Part shown: piece after piece, positions 31,800 through 40,066 of the stretch | Layout: every line of letters starts with the position of its first letter | Numbering within the stretch: the first letter of the stretch is position 1 | DNA from: Nitrospirota bacterium | GTDB lineage: Bacteria; Nitrospirota; Thermodesulfovibrionia; Thermodesulfovibrionales; Dissulfurispiraceae | Direction of reading: 5' to 3' | Assembly: GCA_040754455.1 (NCBI GenBank) | Contig: JBFMCP010000002.1 | Coordinates: forward strand, 1 to 64,000 | DNA: 64,000 nt | Made by a program: the position numbers and the translations under genes | The notes under the pieces: model-generated | The model's input: only the letters and a program-made list of their open reading frames with translations | Database searches by the model: none | Told to the model about the DNA's origin: nothing

Positions 31800-32582
31800 A
31801 TGCTTATTATCGGAGAGAAGTTGAGCATTATTGCCAAGCGGGTGAGAGAGGCAATGATGAAGCGGGACAAGGGCCCGATTCAGGAAATTGCTACCAACCA
31901 GTGGAAGCAGGGTGCACACATCATCGACGCCAACATCGGTCCTGCCGAGGACGGCGGAGAAGAACTGATGCAGTGGATGGTGACAACTATCCAGGAGGTT
32001 GTTCCGCTTCCCATCTGCCTTGATACGACGAATTACAAAGCGATTGAAGCGGGGCTCAAGATCCACAACAACGAGTGGGGTAAGGCGCTCATCAATTCCA
32101 CCTCGAACGATCCCGAGCGGTTTCCCATTCTGGAGCTTGCCGCCAAGTACAATTGCCAGGTTATCGGCCTCACCGTAGGTAAAGGCGGGCTGCCTGCCGA
32201 TGCTGAAGAACGCGCTGCCATCGCTTCAGAGATCATGGCGCGCGCCATGGAGTATGGTGTTCCCCTCGAAGATCTCTATCTCGATCCGCTGGTACTGCAA
32301 ATTGCGACAACACAGGATCAGGCGATCAAAGTCATACAGGCCATCAAGATGTTCCAGGAGCTCAATGATCCTCCGATGAAGACCGTTGTCGGTCTGAGCA
32401 ATGTATCCAACGGCTGCCCCAAGCCCCTGAGACCTATCCTGAACAAATATTTTCTCGCACTGCTCATCTACGAGGGACTGACAGCAGCAATTGCAGACCC
32501 TCACGAAGTCGTAGAGACCGTAAAAACAATCGATGTGATAATGGGCAAGACCCTTTATGCACATTCTTATCTCGAAATGTAG
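31800..32582 (+). CDS. acsE: methyl-THF:corrinoid Fe-S protein methyltransferase
   Basis: MLIIGEK, CLDTTN, LINST, LDPLV and GLSNVS motifs (pterin-binding barrel); acs context. Confidence 0.93.
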   Translation: MLIIGEKLSIIAKRVREAMMKRDKGPIQEIATNQWKQGAHIIDANIGPAEDGGEELMQWMVTTIQEVVPLPICLDTTNYKAIEAGLKIHNNEWGKALINSTSNDPERFPILELAAKYNCQVIGLTVGKGGLPADAEERAAIASEIMARAMEYGVPLEDLYLDPLVLQIATTQDQAIKVIQAIKMFQELNDPPMKTVVGLSNVSNGCPKPLRPILNKYFLALLIYEGLTAAIADPHEVVETVKTIDVIMGKTLYAHSYLEM

Positions 32583-32591
32583 GAGGATACC

Positions 32592-33530
32592 ATGGCATTT
32601 GCAGCTCCCAAAGAGACATATTCAGGCAAAGTATACGAAGTAGCCTTCGGCACAGAGAATGCCGTAAAGTTCGGCGGTGAGAATGTGCTTCCCTTCCACT
32701 CCTTCGAAGGCAATGTCCCCAACAGGCCGGTGATAGCCTATGAGATACAGGACATCGTTCCCGATGACTGGCCGGAGACCGTTAAGAAAGTGTACGAGGG
32801 CGTTTCCGGTGATCCGGTAAAGTGGGCACAGTATTGCCAGAATGAACTGAAGGCAAAGGCGATCGCCCTCAGGCTCGTGGGGACACATCCTGATAGAGGG
32901 AACCGCTCACCTGAGGATGCCACAAAGACCGTCAAAGATGTCCTCGCCGCCATCAATATTCCTTTGATTATTCTCGGCAGCAACCACGTCGAAAAAGATT
33001 CTGCGGTGCTTGTTGCCGTATCCGAAGCGGCAAAAGGGAAGAATTGCATCATCGGCAAGGCGCAGGAAGCAAACTATAAGACGATCGCTGCTGCAGCAAT
33101 GGCAAACAATCACAAGCTTATCGCCATGTCGGAGCTTGATATCAACCTCTCCAAACAGCTCAACATCCTCCTCACCCAGATGGGCTTTGATAAAGAGAAA
33201 CTCATTACCGACCCCATGTGTTCGGCGCTGGGCTACGGTATTGAATATACCTACTCGGTTATGGAGAGAATCCGCCTCGCAGCTCTTACCCAGAATGATG
33301 TGACCATGCAGCCGCCGATGCTCGGCGATGTCGGCATGTATGTATGGAAGGTGAAGGAGACCATGGCTCCTGAATCGGATCTTCCGCAGTGGGGCCCGGT
33401 CAAAGAGAGAGGCATTGCATGGGAAACCACGACCGCAGGCGCCCTGCTGATCGCCGGCGCAGAGCTTCTGATCATGAGGCACCCGGATGCGGTCAAGGCA
33501 GTCGAAAAATTCATTGACGAATTAATGTAA
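32592..33530 (+). CDS. acsD: corrinoid Fe-S protein small subunit
   Basis: GGENVLPFHSFEG, DINLSKQLN, ALGYGIEYTYSVMERIR and MRHP motifs. Confidence 0.96.
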   Translation: MAFAAPKETYSGKVYEVAFGTENAVKFGGENVLPFHSFEGNVPNRPVIAYEIQDIVPDDWPETVKKVYEGVSGDPVKWAQYCQNELKAKAIALRLVGTHPDRGNRSPEDATKTVKDVLAAINIPLIILGSNHVEKDSAVLVAVSEAAKGKNCIIGKAQEANYKTIAAAAMANNHKLIAMSELDINLSKQLNILLTQMGFDKEKLITDPMCSALGYGIEYTYSVMERIRLAALTQNDVTMQPPMLGDVGMYVWKVKETMAPESDLPQWGPVKERGIAWETTTAGALLIAGAELLIMRHPDAVKAVEKFIDELM

Positions 33531-33545
33531 GGGAGGAGATACACT

Positions 33546-34889
33546 ATGGCTCTGTCAGGCGTAGAAATATTTAAGTTGCTTCCGAAAACCAATTGCAAGA
33601 AGTGCGGCCATCCGACCTGTCTTGCGTTTGCAATGAAGCTTGCCCAGCGGCAGGCGACGCTCGATTCCTGTCCCGATGTTTCCGAAGAAGCAAAGAAGAT
33701 ACTCGGTGAAGCGTCCGCTCCTCCTATACGGCCGATTACCCTCGGCACTGGCGACAAAGCAGTGAAAATGGGAGAGGAGACGGTCCTTTTCAGACATGAA
33801 AAGAAATTCGTCAATCCCTGCGCCTTTGCCGTCGAAGTGAAAGACACCATGCCGGAAGGCGATATCGCCAGGGTCGCTGATGATGTGCTCTCATCAGAGA
33901 TGGACCGCGTCGGCCAGAAGCTGAGAATCGATGCAATCTTCGTCAACAATGCATCCGGCGATGCCGGAACGTTTGAGGCTGCGGTGAAGGCGATTACAGC
34001 AAAGGCTCCTTCGGTTGCGCTTATCCTCGGCACGAGCAATCCTGCAGCAGCAGAGGCGGCGCTCAAGATCGTCGGCGACAAGAAGCCGATCCTCTACGGT
34101 GCTGACGCATCGAACGCTGATGCAATGGCGGGCCTGGCGAAGAGCTACAAAGTCACCCTTGGCGTTACCGCAAAAGGGCTCGATGCATTGACCGACCTTA
34201 CCGAGAAGGTAAAGGGCCTCGGTGTCGAGGATATGGTTATCGATTCCGGCGCGCGGGCCGCAAAAGAGATCATCGAGCACAATACCTTTATCAGAAGAGG
34301 GGCGATAAAGAAGAATATAAAGTCAGTCGGCTATCCGGTCATCACCTTCGCACAGAGAGATGACAAGATGCTCGAACTGCTTATGGGAGTGTTGGGCGTC
34401 ACCAAATACTCTTCAATTGTCGTCATGGGCAGTGTCGAGAAGTGGAAGAGCCTCGCCCTCTTTGCCCTCAGACAGAACATCTACACCGACCCGCAGGTGC
34501 CGATGCAGGTTGAGCAGAAAATATACAAACTCGGTGAGCCGAAGCCGGAATCGCCGCTCCTTATTACCACCAACTTCTCCCTCACCTATTTTATTGTTTC
34601 CGGTGAGGCGGAGAACAGCAAAGTCCCCTGCAGGCTTGCGGTGATGGATTGCGAAGGCTTGTCGGTCTTGACCGGCTGGGCAGCGGGTAAATTTACCGCT
34701 TCAAAGATTGCACAATTCATTCAGGAAAGCGGCGTTGAGAAAGAGATCAGCCACAAGGAGCTGATCATCCCCGGCTATGTAGCAATTTTGAGCGGCGCAA
34801 TTGAGGAAAAACTCCCTGGCTGGAAGGTTACGGTCGGTCCGAGGGAGGCAAACGGACTGCCGGCGTTCCTGAAGTCACGGGCGTCGTAA
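33546..34889 (+). CDS. acsC: corrinoid Fe-S protein large subunit
   Basis: LPKTNCKKCGHPTCLAFA...CP, ETVLFRHEK, RQNIYTDPQ, TTNFSLTY and GLSVLT motifs. Confidence 0.97.
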   Translation: MALSGVEIFKLLPKTNCKKCGHPTCLAFAMKLAQRQATLDSCPDVSEEAKKILGEASAPPIRPITLGTGDKAVKMGEETVLFRHEKKFVNPCAFAVEVKDTMPEGDIARVADDVLSSEMDRVGQKLRIDAIFVNNASGDAGTFEAAVKAITAKAPSVALILGTSNPAAAEAALKIVGDKKPILYGADASNADAMAGLAKSYKVTLGVTAKGLDALTDLTEKVKGLGVEDMVIDSGARAAKEIIEHNTFIRRGAIKKNIKSVGYPVITFAQRDDKMLELLMGVLGVTKYSSIVVMGSVEKWKSLALFALRQNIYTDPQVPMQVEQKIYKLGEPKPESPLLITTNFSLTYFIVSGEAENSKVPCRLAVMDCEGLSVLTGWAAGKFTASKIAQFIQESGVEKEISHKELIIPGYVAILSGAIEEKLPGWKVTVGPREANGLPAFLKSRAS

Positions 34890-34939
34890 TGGCGAACATT
34901 ACATATTAACCTTGAAAGGTTAAATCATAGGAGGTCAGG

Positions 34940-37144
34940 ATGTCTAAACTAATTGCCACTGCCGCCATAAGAGGCGCAAACAAGCTTGTGGCACAAGCAG
35001 AAGAGATGCTGGAAAAGGCGATTGCAGAGAAGGGCAAAGACTTTGTCTTCGAATTCCCCGACACTGCATTCCATCTTCCGATGATCTATGCCATGACGGG
35101 CTTTGCCGTAAAGACCCTCGGCGATATGAAGACCGCCCTTGGTTTTGCAAAAGAGCTCCAGCATGAAGAACCGGAAGAGCACATCTGGAAACCCTATCTC
35201 GGTGAGGCCCTTGATTCGGGAATGGCCACCCTTTTCGCTGAAGAGATCATATTGGCGATCAGGTACATTTACGGACAGGAGCCCTGCAAGGACCCTGAGA
35301 CGGGATATGTGTACAACGGCTTTATCTCCGATACCATTCAGAGGAATCTCGGTATTCAGCTCGTTGACGGTTCGATGCCGGGGTTCGCTGCCATTCTCGG
35401 TGCGGCACCTACTGATGATATTGCCGTAAATATTGTAAGGGAGCTTCAGGAAAAGAACATCCTGACCTTCCTCGCCGGTGAGAGCAACGGCGACAGCGTT
35501 ACCAAACAGCTCCTGAGAAAGGGTGTCGAACTCGGGTGGGATGCGCGAATCGTTCCGCTCGGCCCCGATACGATCCACACACTGTATGCTCTCGACTGGG
35601 CGATCAGAGCTTCCCTCATCTTTGGCGGCAAGAAGCCCGGCGACTACAAAGAGCATCTCAAATACCAGAAAGACAGAGTTTTCGCCTTCGCGATCGCTCT
35701 CGGCCCCTTGGATGATATCAAGTGGACCACCGGCGCCGGCGCGATCAACATGGGATTCCCCGCGATCGCTGACACCGATGTGCCGGTCATTCATCCTACC
35801 GGCGTATGTACGTATGAAGAAGTCGACAAGGAATTTGATCACGCCAAGATCGTCCAGAGGGGCATCGAGCTGAGAGGCCTCAAGATCATCGTCGAGAAGC
35901 CGCCGATTCCTGTTTCCTACGGTCCCGCCTTCGAGGGCGAGAGAATCAGAAAAGAGGACACCTTCATCGAGTTCGGCGGTCAGAGGACCCCGGCATTCGA
36001 GTGGGTCAGGATGGTCGAGCTCGAGGATATCCCCGAGGACAATAAAGTCATCATCATCGGCGACAACTGGCAGGAGCTCTATGAGAAAGGCGGCAAACTG
36101 CCTCTCGGTATGGTTATTGAGGTTGCCGGTCGCAAGATGCAGAAGGACTTCGAATCCGTTATCGAGAGAAAAGTACACTCCAACATCAACGAGGCCCAAG
36201 GCGTATGGCACATGGGCCAGCGCGATATCAACTGGATAAGAATTAGTAACAATGCCAAGAAGGATGGCTTTACCCTCGAGCATCTCGGCATTATCCAGGC
36301 GACCATGACCCACAACCGCTTCAGATCCATTGTCGACAAGGTCCAGGTCAAACTCTACATCAATGAGGCTGACGTGAACCAGAAACTCGAAGAGGCGCGG
36401 GCAGCATACAAAGAGCGTGACCAGAGGCTCGGAAGCCTTACGGACGAGGCGGTAGAGACCTACTACTCCTGTCTGCTGTGTCAGTCGTTTGCTCCCAGCC
36501 ATGCCTGCGTTATCACGCCCGAGCGGCTCGGCCTCTGCGGAGCCTACAACTGGCTTGACGGAAAGGCCGCATACGAAATCGATCCTACCGGTGGCAACCA
36601 GCCTATTCAGAAGGGCGAAGTGCTCGATGCGAAACTCGGACGCTTCTCCGGCGTTGATGAATATCTGAAAAAGGCGACCGGCGGTGCAGTAGAAACGCTG
36701 AACCTCTACACGATCATGGAAAACCCCATGACCTCCTGCGGATGCTTCGAGTGCATTGTTGCGATCATCCCTGAGGCAAACGGCGTTATGATCGTCAATA
36801 GAGGATTTACCGGCATGACCCCGATCGGCATGAAGTTCTCCACCCTCGCCGGAACCGTCGGCGGCGGTGCGCAGACCCCCGGATTTATGGGAATCGGCGT
36901 CAATTTCATCCCGAGCAGGAAATTCCTTTACGGTGACGGAGGCATCAAGAGAATCGTCTGGATGCCCAAGGCGCTGAAGGAGAGGATCAAGGACGATTTC
37001 CAGAAACAGTGCGATGAGATCGGAATCCCCAACTTCCTTGATATGATTGCGGATGAAACCATCTGCGAGGATTCCGAGAAGCTCCTGGAGCATCTCTCCA
37101 ATGTGGGGCATCCGGCATTGTCTATGGATCCCATCATCGCATAA
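34940..37144 (+). CDS. acsB: acetyl-CoA synthase (bacterial type, with N-terminal domain)
   Basis: A-cluster motifs CLLCQSFAP, GLCGA and MTSCGCFE; GPAFEGERIRK; HMGQRD. Confidence 0.97.
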   Translation: MSKLIATAAIRGANKLVAQAEEMLEKAIAEKGKDFVFEFPDTAFHLPMIYAMTGFAVKTLGDMKTALGFAKELQHEEPEEHIWKPYLGEALDSGMATLFAEEIILAIRYIYGQEPCKDPETGYVYNGFISDTIQRNLGIQLVDGSMPGFAAILGAAPTDDIAVNIVRELQEKNILTFLAGESNGDSVTKQLLRKGVELGWDARIVPLGPDTIHTLYALDWAIRASLIFGGKKPGDYKEHLKYQKDRVFAFAIALGPLDDIKWTTGAGAINMGFPAIADTDVPVIHPTGVCTYEEVDKEFDHAKIVQRGIELRGLKIIVEKPPIPVSYGPAFEGERIRKEDTFIEFGGQRTPAFEWVRMVELEDIPEDNKVIIIGDNWQELYEKGGKLPLGMVIEVAGRKMQKDFESVIERKVHSNINEAQGVWHMGQRDINWIRISNNAKKDGFTLEHLGIIQATMTHNRFRSIVDKVQVKLYINEADVNQKLEEARAAYKERDQRLGSLTDEAVETYYSCLLCQSFAPSHACVITPERLGLCGAYNWLDGKAAYEIDPTGGNQPIQKGEVLDAKLGRFSGVDEYLKKATGGAVETLNLYTIMENPMTSCGCFECIVAIIPEANGVMIVNRGFTGMTPIGMKFSTLAGTVGGGAQTPGFMGIGVNFIPSRKFLYGDGGIKRIVWMPKALKERIKDDFQKQCDEIGIPNFLDMIADETICEDSEKLLEHLSNVGHPALSMDPIIA

Positions 37145-37164
37145 GGTATAAGGAGGAACATACA

Positions 37165-39165
37165 ATGGAAAAGAAAGGCGATAAAAAAATAAGACCTGCG
37201 AATCCCGCATCCAATAGGATTCTTAAATGGGCGGAGGAGCAGAATTTAGAGACCTGCTTTGACAGAGCGGAAAAGATGAAACCCTGCCCGATCGGCCACA
37301 CCGGTGCATGCTGCAAGCTTTGCAGCATGGGACCCTGCAGGCTGACCGGCAAGAACGCCGAGGAAGAGGTAGCAGGCGTCTGCGGCGCAACGCTCGGCAC
37401 GGTTGCTGCGCGTAACCTCGTGAGGATGATTGCTGCCGGTGCCGCGGCACATACCGACCACGGCCTCGATATGGCGATGACTCTTCTGGCTGTTGCCGAA
37501 GGACATACCAAGGATTATCAGATCAAGGATGTACGGAAGCTCTATAGAGTTGCCGGCTACCTCGGCATCGAGTTCGAGGGCAGACCGGTCAACGACGTTG
37601 CCAAAGATGTAGCGCACCGGTTCATCGAGGACTTCACCAGACAGAGTGGCGAGCTGAACTATATCAGCAGGGCGCCGAAGAAGACCCAAGAAAGATGGCG
37701 CAAGTGGAATATTGTGCCGAGAGGCGCTCAGCGTGAGATCGTCGAGGCGCTGCACAGAACCCACACCGGTGTCGACATCGATCCGGACGATATCCTGCTG
37801 CACGGCCTGCGGACGGCCCTTTCCGACGGATGGGGCGGCTCCATGGTCGCCACCGACATTACGGATATTCTCTTCGGAACTCCTCATCCGGTCAGAGCTG
37901 ATGCAGGCTTTGGCGTCTTCGAAGAGGACAAGGTCAATGTCGTGGTCCACGGCCACGAGCCGACCCTTGCCGAAAAGTTTGTCGATGTGGTGAACGAGCC
38001 CGAGATGATCGAGTATGCAAAATCCAAGGGCGCGAAAGGCATCAACCTCACCGGTATGTGCTGTACGGCAAACGAGATCCTGGTTCGGCACGGTATCCCC
38101 ACCATGGGCGGCTTCACCAACCAGGAACTTGCGATCTTCACCGGCCTCGTCGATGCGATGACCGTTGACGTGCAGTGCATCATGCCGGCAATCACGAAGG
38201 CGGCAAAGAACTTCCACACAAAGGTCATCACCACCTCGCCGAAGGCGGTCATGCCTGGTGCGATCCATATGCCGTATGTTGACGAGTCCAAGGCAAAAGA
38301 GCATGCCCGTGCGGTCATCAAGGTTGCGATCGACAACTTCCCGAACAGGACCAAGAAGGGTATTCGTGACGTCAAGGACAAATACCAGATGATCACCGGC
38401 TTTTCCCATGAGTACATCGAGTACATGCTCGGCGGAAAGTGGAGGGCATCGTTCAGGCCTTTGAACGATGCGATCATGGCGGGCAGAATCCGCGGTATCG
38501 CCGGCGTCGTCGGCTGCGACAACACCAGATTCCCTGCTACCGCTGTCCACAACTACCTCATCAAAGAGTTCATCAGGCAGGACGTTTTGGTCGTCACCAC
38601 CGGCTGCGGCTCCCATGCCTGCGGCCTTGCCGGCCTGGTAACGCCTGAGCAGGCTTATGAGCTTGCCGGCCCCGGACTGAGGGAGGTCTGCGAGGCGACG
38701 GGTATGCCTCCGATCCTCAATCTCGGCGCCTGCGTCGACAACTCAAGAATTCTGACCATCGCCAGCGCAATGGCTGCCGAGGGCGGACTCTCCGATGAGA
38801 TCGGCGGCATGCCAGCGGTCGGTATCGCACCTGAGTGGATGTCCGAGAAGGCGATCGCCATCGGCTGCTATGCAGCAGCATCGGGTATCCCGGTCATCTT
38901 CGGCGGTGAGAATATCGTCTCTGCGAGTAAGGAAGTCACCAGGCTCATGACAGAGGTCTGGTTCGAGCGATTCAAGGGCGCCCTGCACTTCGAGCCCGAT
39001 CCCGAGAAGATAGTAGCCCTTACCCTCAAATACATTGACAGTGCAAGAGAAGCACTGAAGCTCAAGAAGTACGAGCCCGGCAAGTTCGGCACTGAGAAGG
39101 TGCTCCTCGACATGGCTGCACGCCGTGAGATGGAGAGGGCTCCGAGAGGACATCAGGGTTTATAA
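37165..39165 (+). CDS. cooS: anaerobic Ni,Fe carbon monoxide dehydrogenase catalytic subunit
   Basis: D/B clusters CPIG...CCKLCSMGPC...VCG; C-cluster ligands in HGHEP, GMCCT, VQC, VGC, TGC and GACVDN; SEKA. Confidence 0.97.
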   Translation: MEKKGDKKIRPANPASNRILKWAEEQNLETCFDRAEKMKPCPIGHTGACCKLCSMGPCRLTGKNAEEEVAGVCGATLGTVAARNLVRMIAAGAAAHTDHGLDMAMTLLAVAEGHTKDYQIKDVRKLYRVAGYLGIEFEGRPVNDVAKDVAHRFIEDFTRQSGELNYISRAPKKTQERWRKWNIVPRGAQREIVEALHRTHTGVDIDPDDILLHGLRTALSDGWGGSMVATDITDILFGTPHPVRADAGFGVFEEDKVNVVVHGHEPTLAEKFVDVVNEPEMIEYAKSKGAKGINLTGMCCTANEILVRHGIPTMGGFTNQELAIFTGLVDAMTVDVQCIMPAITKAAKNFHTKVITTSPKAVMPGAIHMPYVDESKAKEHARAVIKVAIDNFPNRTKKGIRDVKDKYQMITGFSHEYIEYMLGGKWRASFRPLNDAIMAGRIRGIAGVVGCDNTRFPATAVHNYLIKEFIRQDVLVVTTGCGSHACGLAGLVTPEQAYELAGPGLREVCEATGMPPILNLGACVDNSRILTIASAMAAEGGLSDEIGGMPAVGIAPEWMSEKAIAIGCYAAASGIPVIFGGENIVSASKEVTRLMTEVWFERFKGALHFEPDPEKIVALTLKYIDSAREALKLKKYEPGKFGTEKVLLDMAARREMERAPRGHQGL

Positions 39166-39184
39166 TCCAAGACAACCCAAAATC

Positions 39185-39216
39185 AAGGCGTGGTGGGAAA
39201 CTGCCACGCCTTTTTT
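39185..39216 (+). terminator. intrinsic terminator after cooS
   Basis: AAGGCGTGGTGG-GAAA-CTGCCACGCCTT followed by a T-tract. Confidence 0.85.
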
Positions 39217-39419
39217 GTTGCAGAACCCTTTTTAAACAGTCCCACCTTTTTTCAGATAACCATATGTCCCGTTGAGGATATTTAGAAAGATGGCGAAGTG
39301 CTTTGCTTCATCCATTTTGTATTACTTATCCTTTTGATTTATATAAAATAGAAAAAAAGTAACTGTTTTCAATCTTGAGCGATCTCTACATTATATATAC
39401 TTCCGCTTGCCCCCTGACC

Positions 39420-39436
39420 TGTTACTATTAGTAACA
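39420..39436. promoter_or_regulatory. palindromic operator upstream of the NuoEFG/HydABC-like operon
   Basis: TGTTAC-TATTA-GTAACA overlapping a candidate extended -10 (TGnTACTAT). Confidence 0.7.
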
Positions 39437-39553
39437 TACTGATTTAAAATATTAATAGCTCTATATAAACGTTGAACGAGCTGTTTTGCTATGGTACGAT
39501 CATAGAATTACACGCGAATAACCAAAGGTAACACGCGGCTTTAGGGAGGTAAC

Positions 39554-40066
39554 ATGAGGGCTGATAAACCCAATATCGATGAGCACTACGGTGAAATAGG
39601 TAACGTGATAACCGATGAGCAGAAAAGACGGGGCATGCTCATCCACGCCTTCCAAAAAATCCAGAAGGAACATAACTATCTTCCAGAAGAGAGCCTAAAG
39701 TATCTATCCGAGAGTCTGAACATCCCCTTGTCGGAAGTGTACAGCACGGCATCCTTTTACAAGCACTTCTATTTCAAGCCAAGAGGCAAAAATATTGTAT
39801 GCGTTTGCATGGGAACGGCCTGCCATGTGCGGGGCGCATCAAATGTCCTCAATAAGCTTGAGCAGGAATTCGGGGTAAAAGAAGGAGAGACCACCCCTGA
39901 TAAATCCATGACCCTGGAGACCGTCGGCTGTGTGGGATGCTGCGGTCTGGCACCGGTGGTAACGGTAAATGAGGAAGTAGTGGGAGACCTCAATCCCCGT
40001 AAAATGGATGAAATTATCGATATGATCAAGAACGGTGGGAATGGTAACGGAGTCGATCATGGGTAG
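39554..40066 (+). CDS. NuoE/HydC-like [2Fe-2S] subunit
   Basis: EVYSTASFY, CMGTACHVRG and VGCVGCCGLAP motifs. Confidence 0.92.
   Translation: MRADKPNIDEHYGEIGNVITDEQKRRGMLIHAFQKIQKEHNYLPEESLKYLSESLNIPLSEVYSTASFYKHFYFKPRGKNIVCVCMGTACHVRGASNVLNKLEQEFGVKEGETTPDKSMTLETVGCVGCCGLAPVVTVNEEVVGDLNPRKMDEIIDMIKNGGNGNGVDHG

Noticed and set aside
34949..37210. 753-aa antisense ORF opposite acsB (also 37246-38616 opposite cooS, 25598-26560 opposite hslU, and similar)
   Set aside because: Shadow frames of strongly codon-biased genes; no motifs and fully overlapping well-supported CDSs
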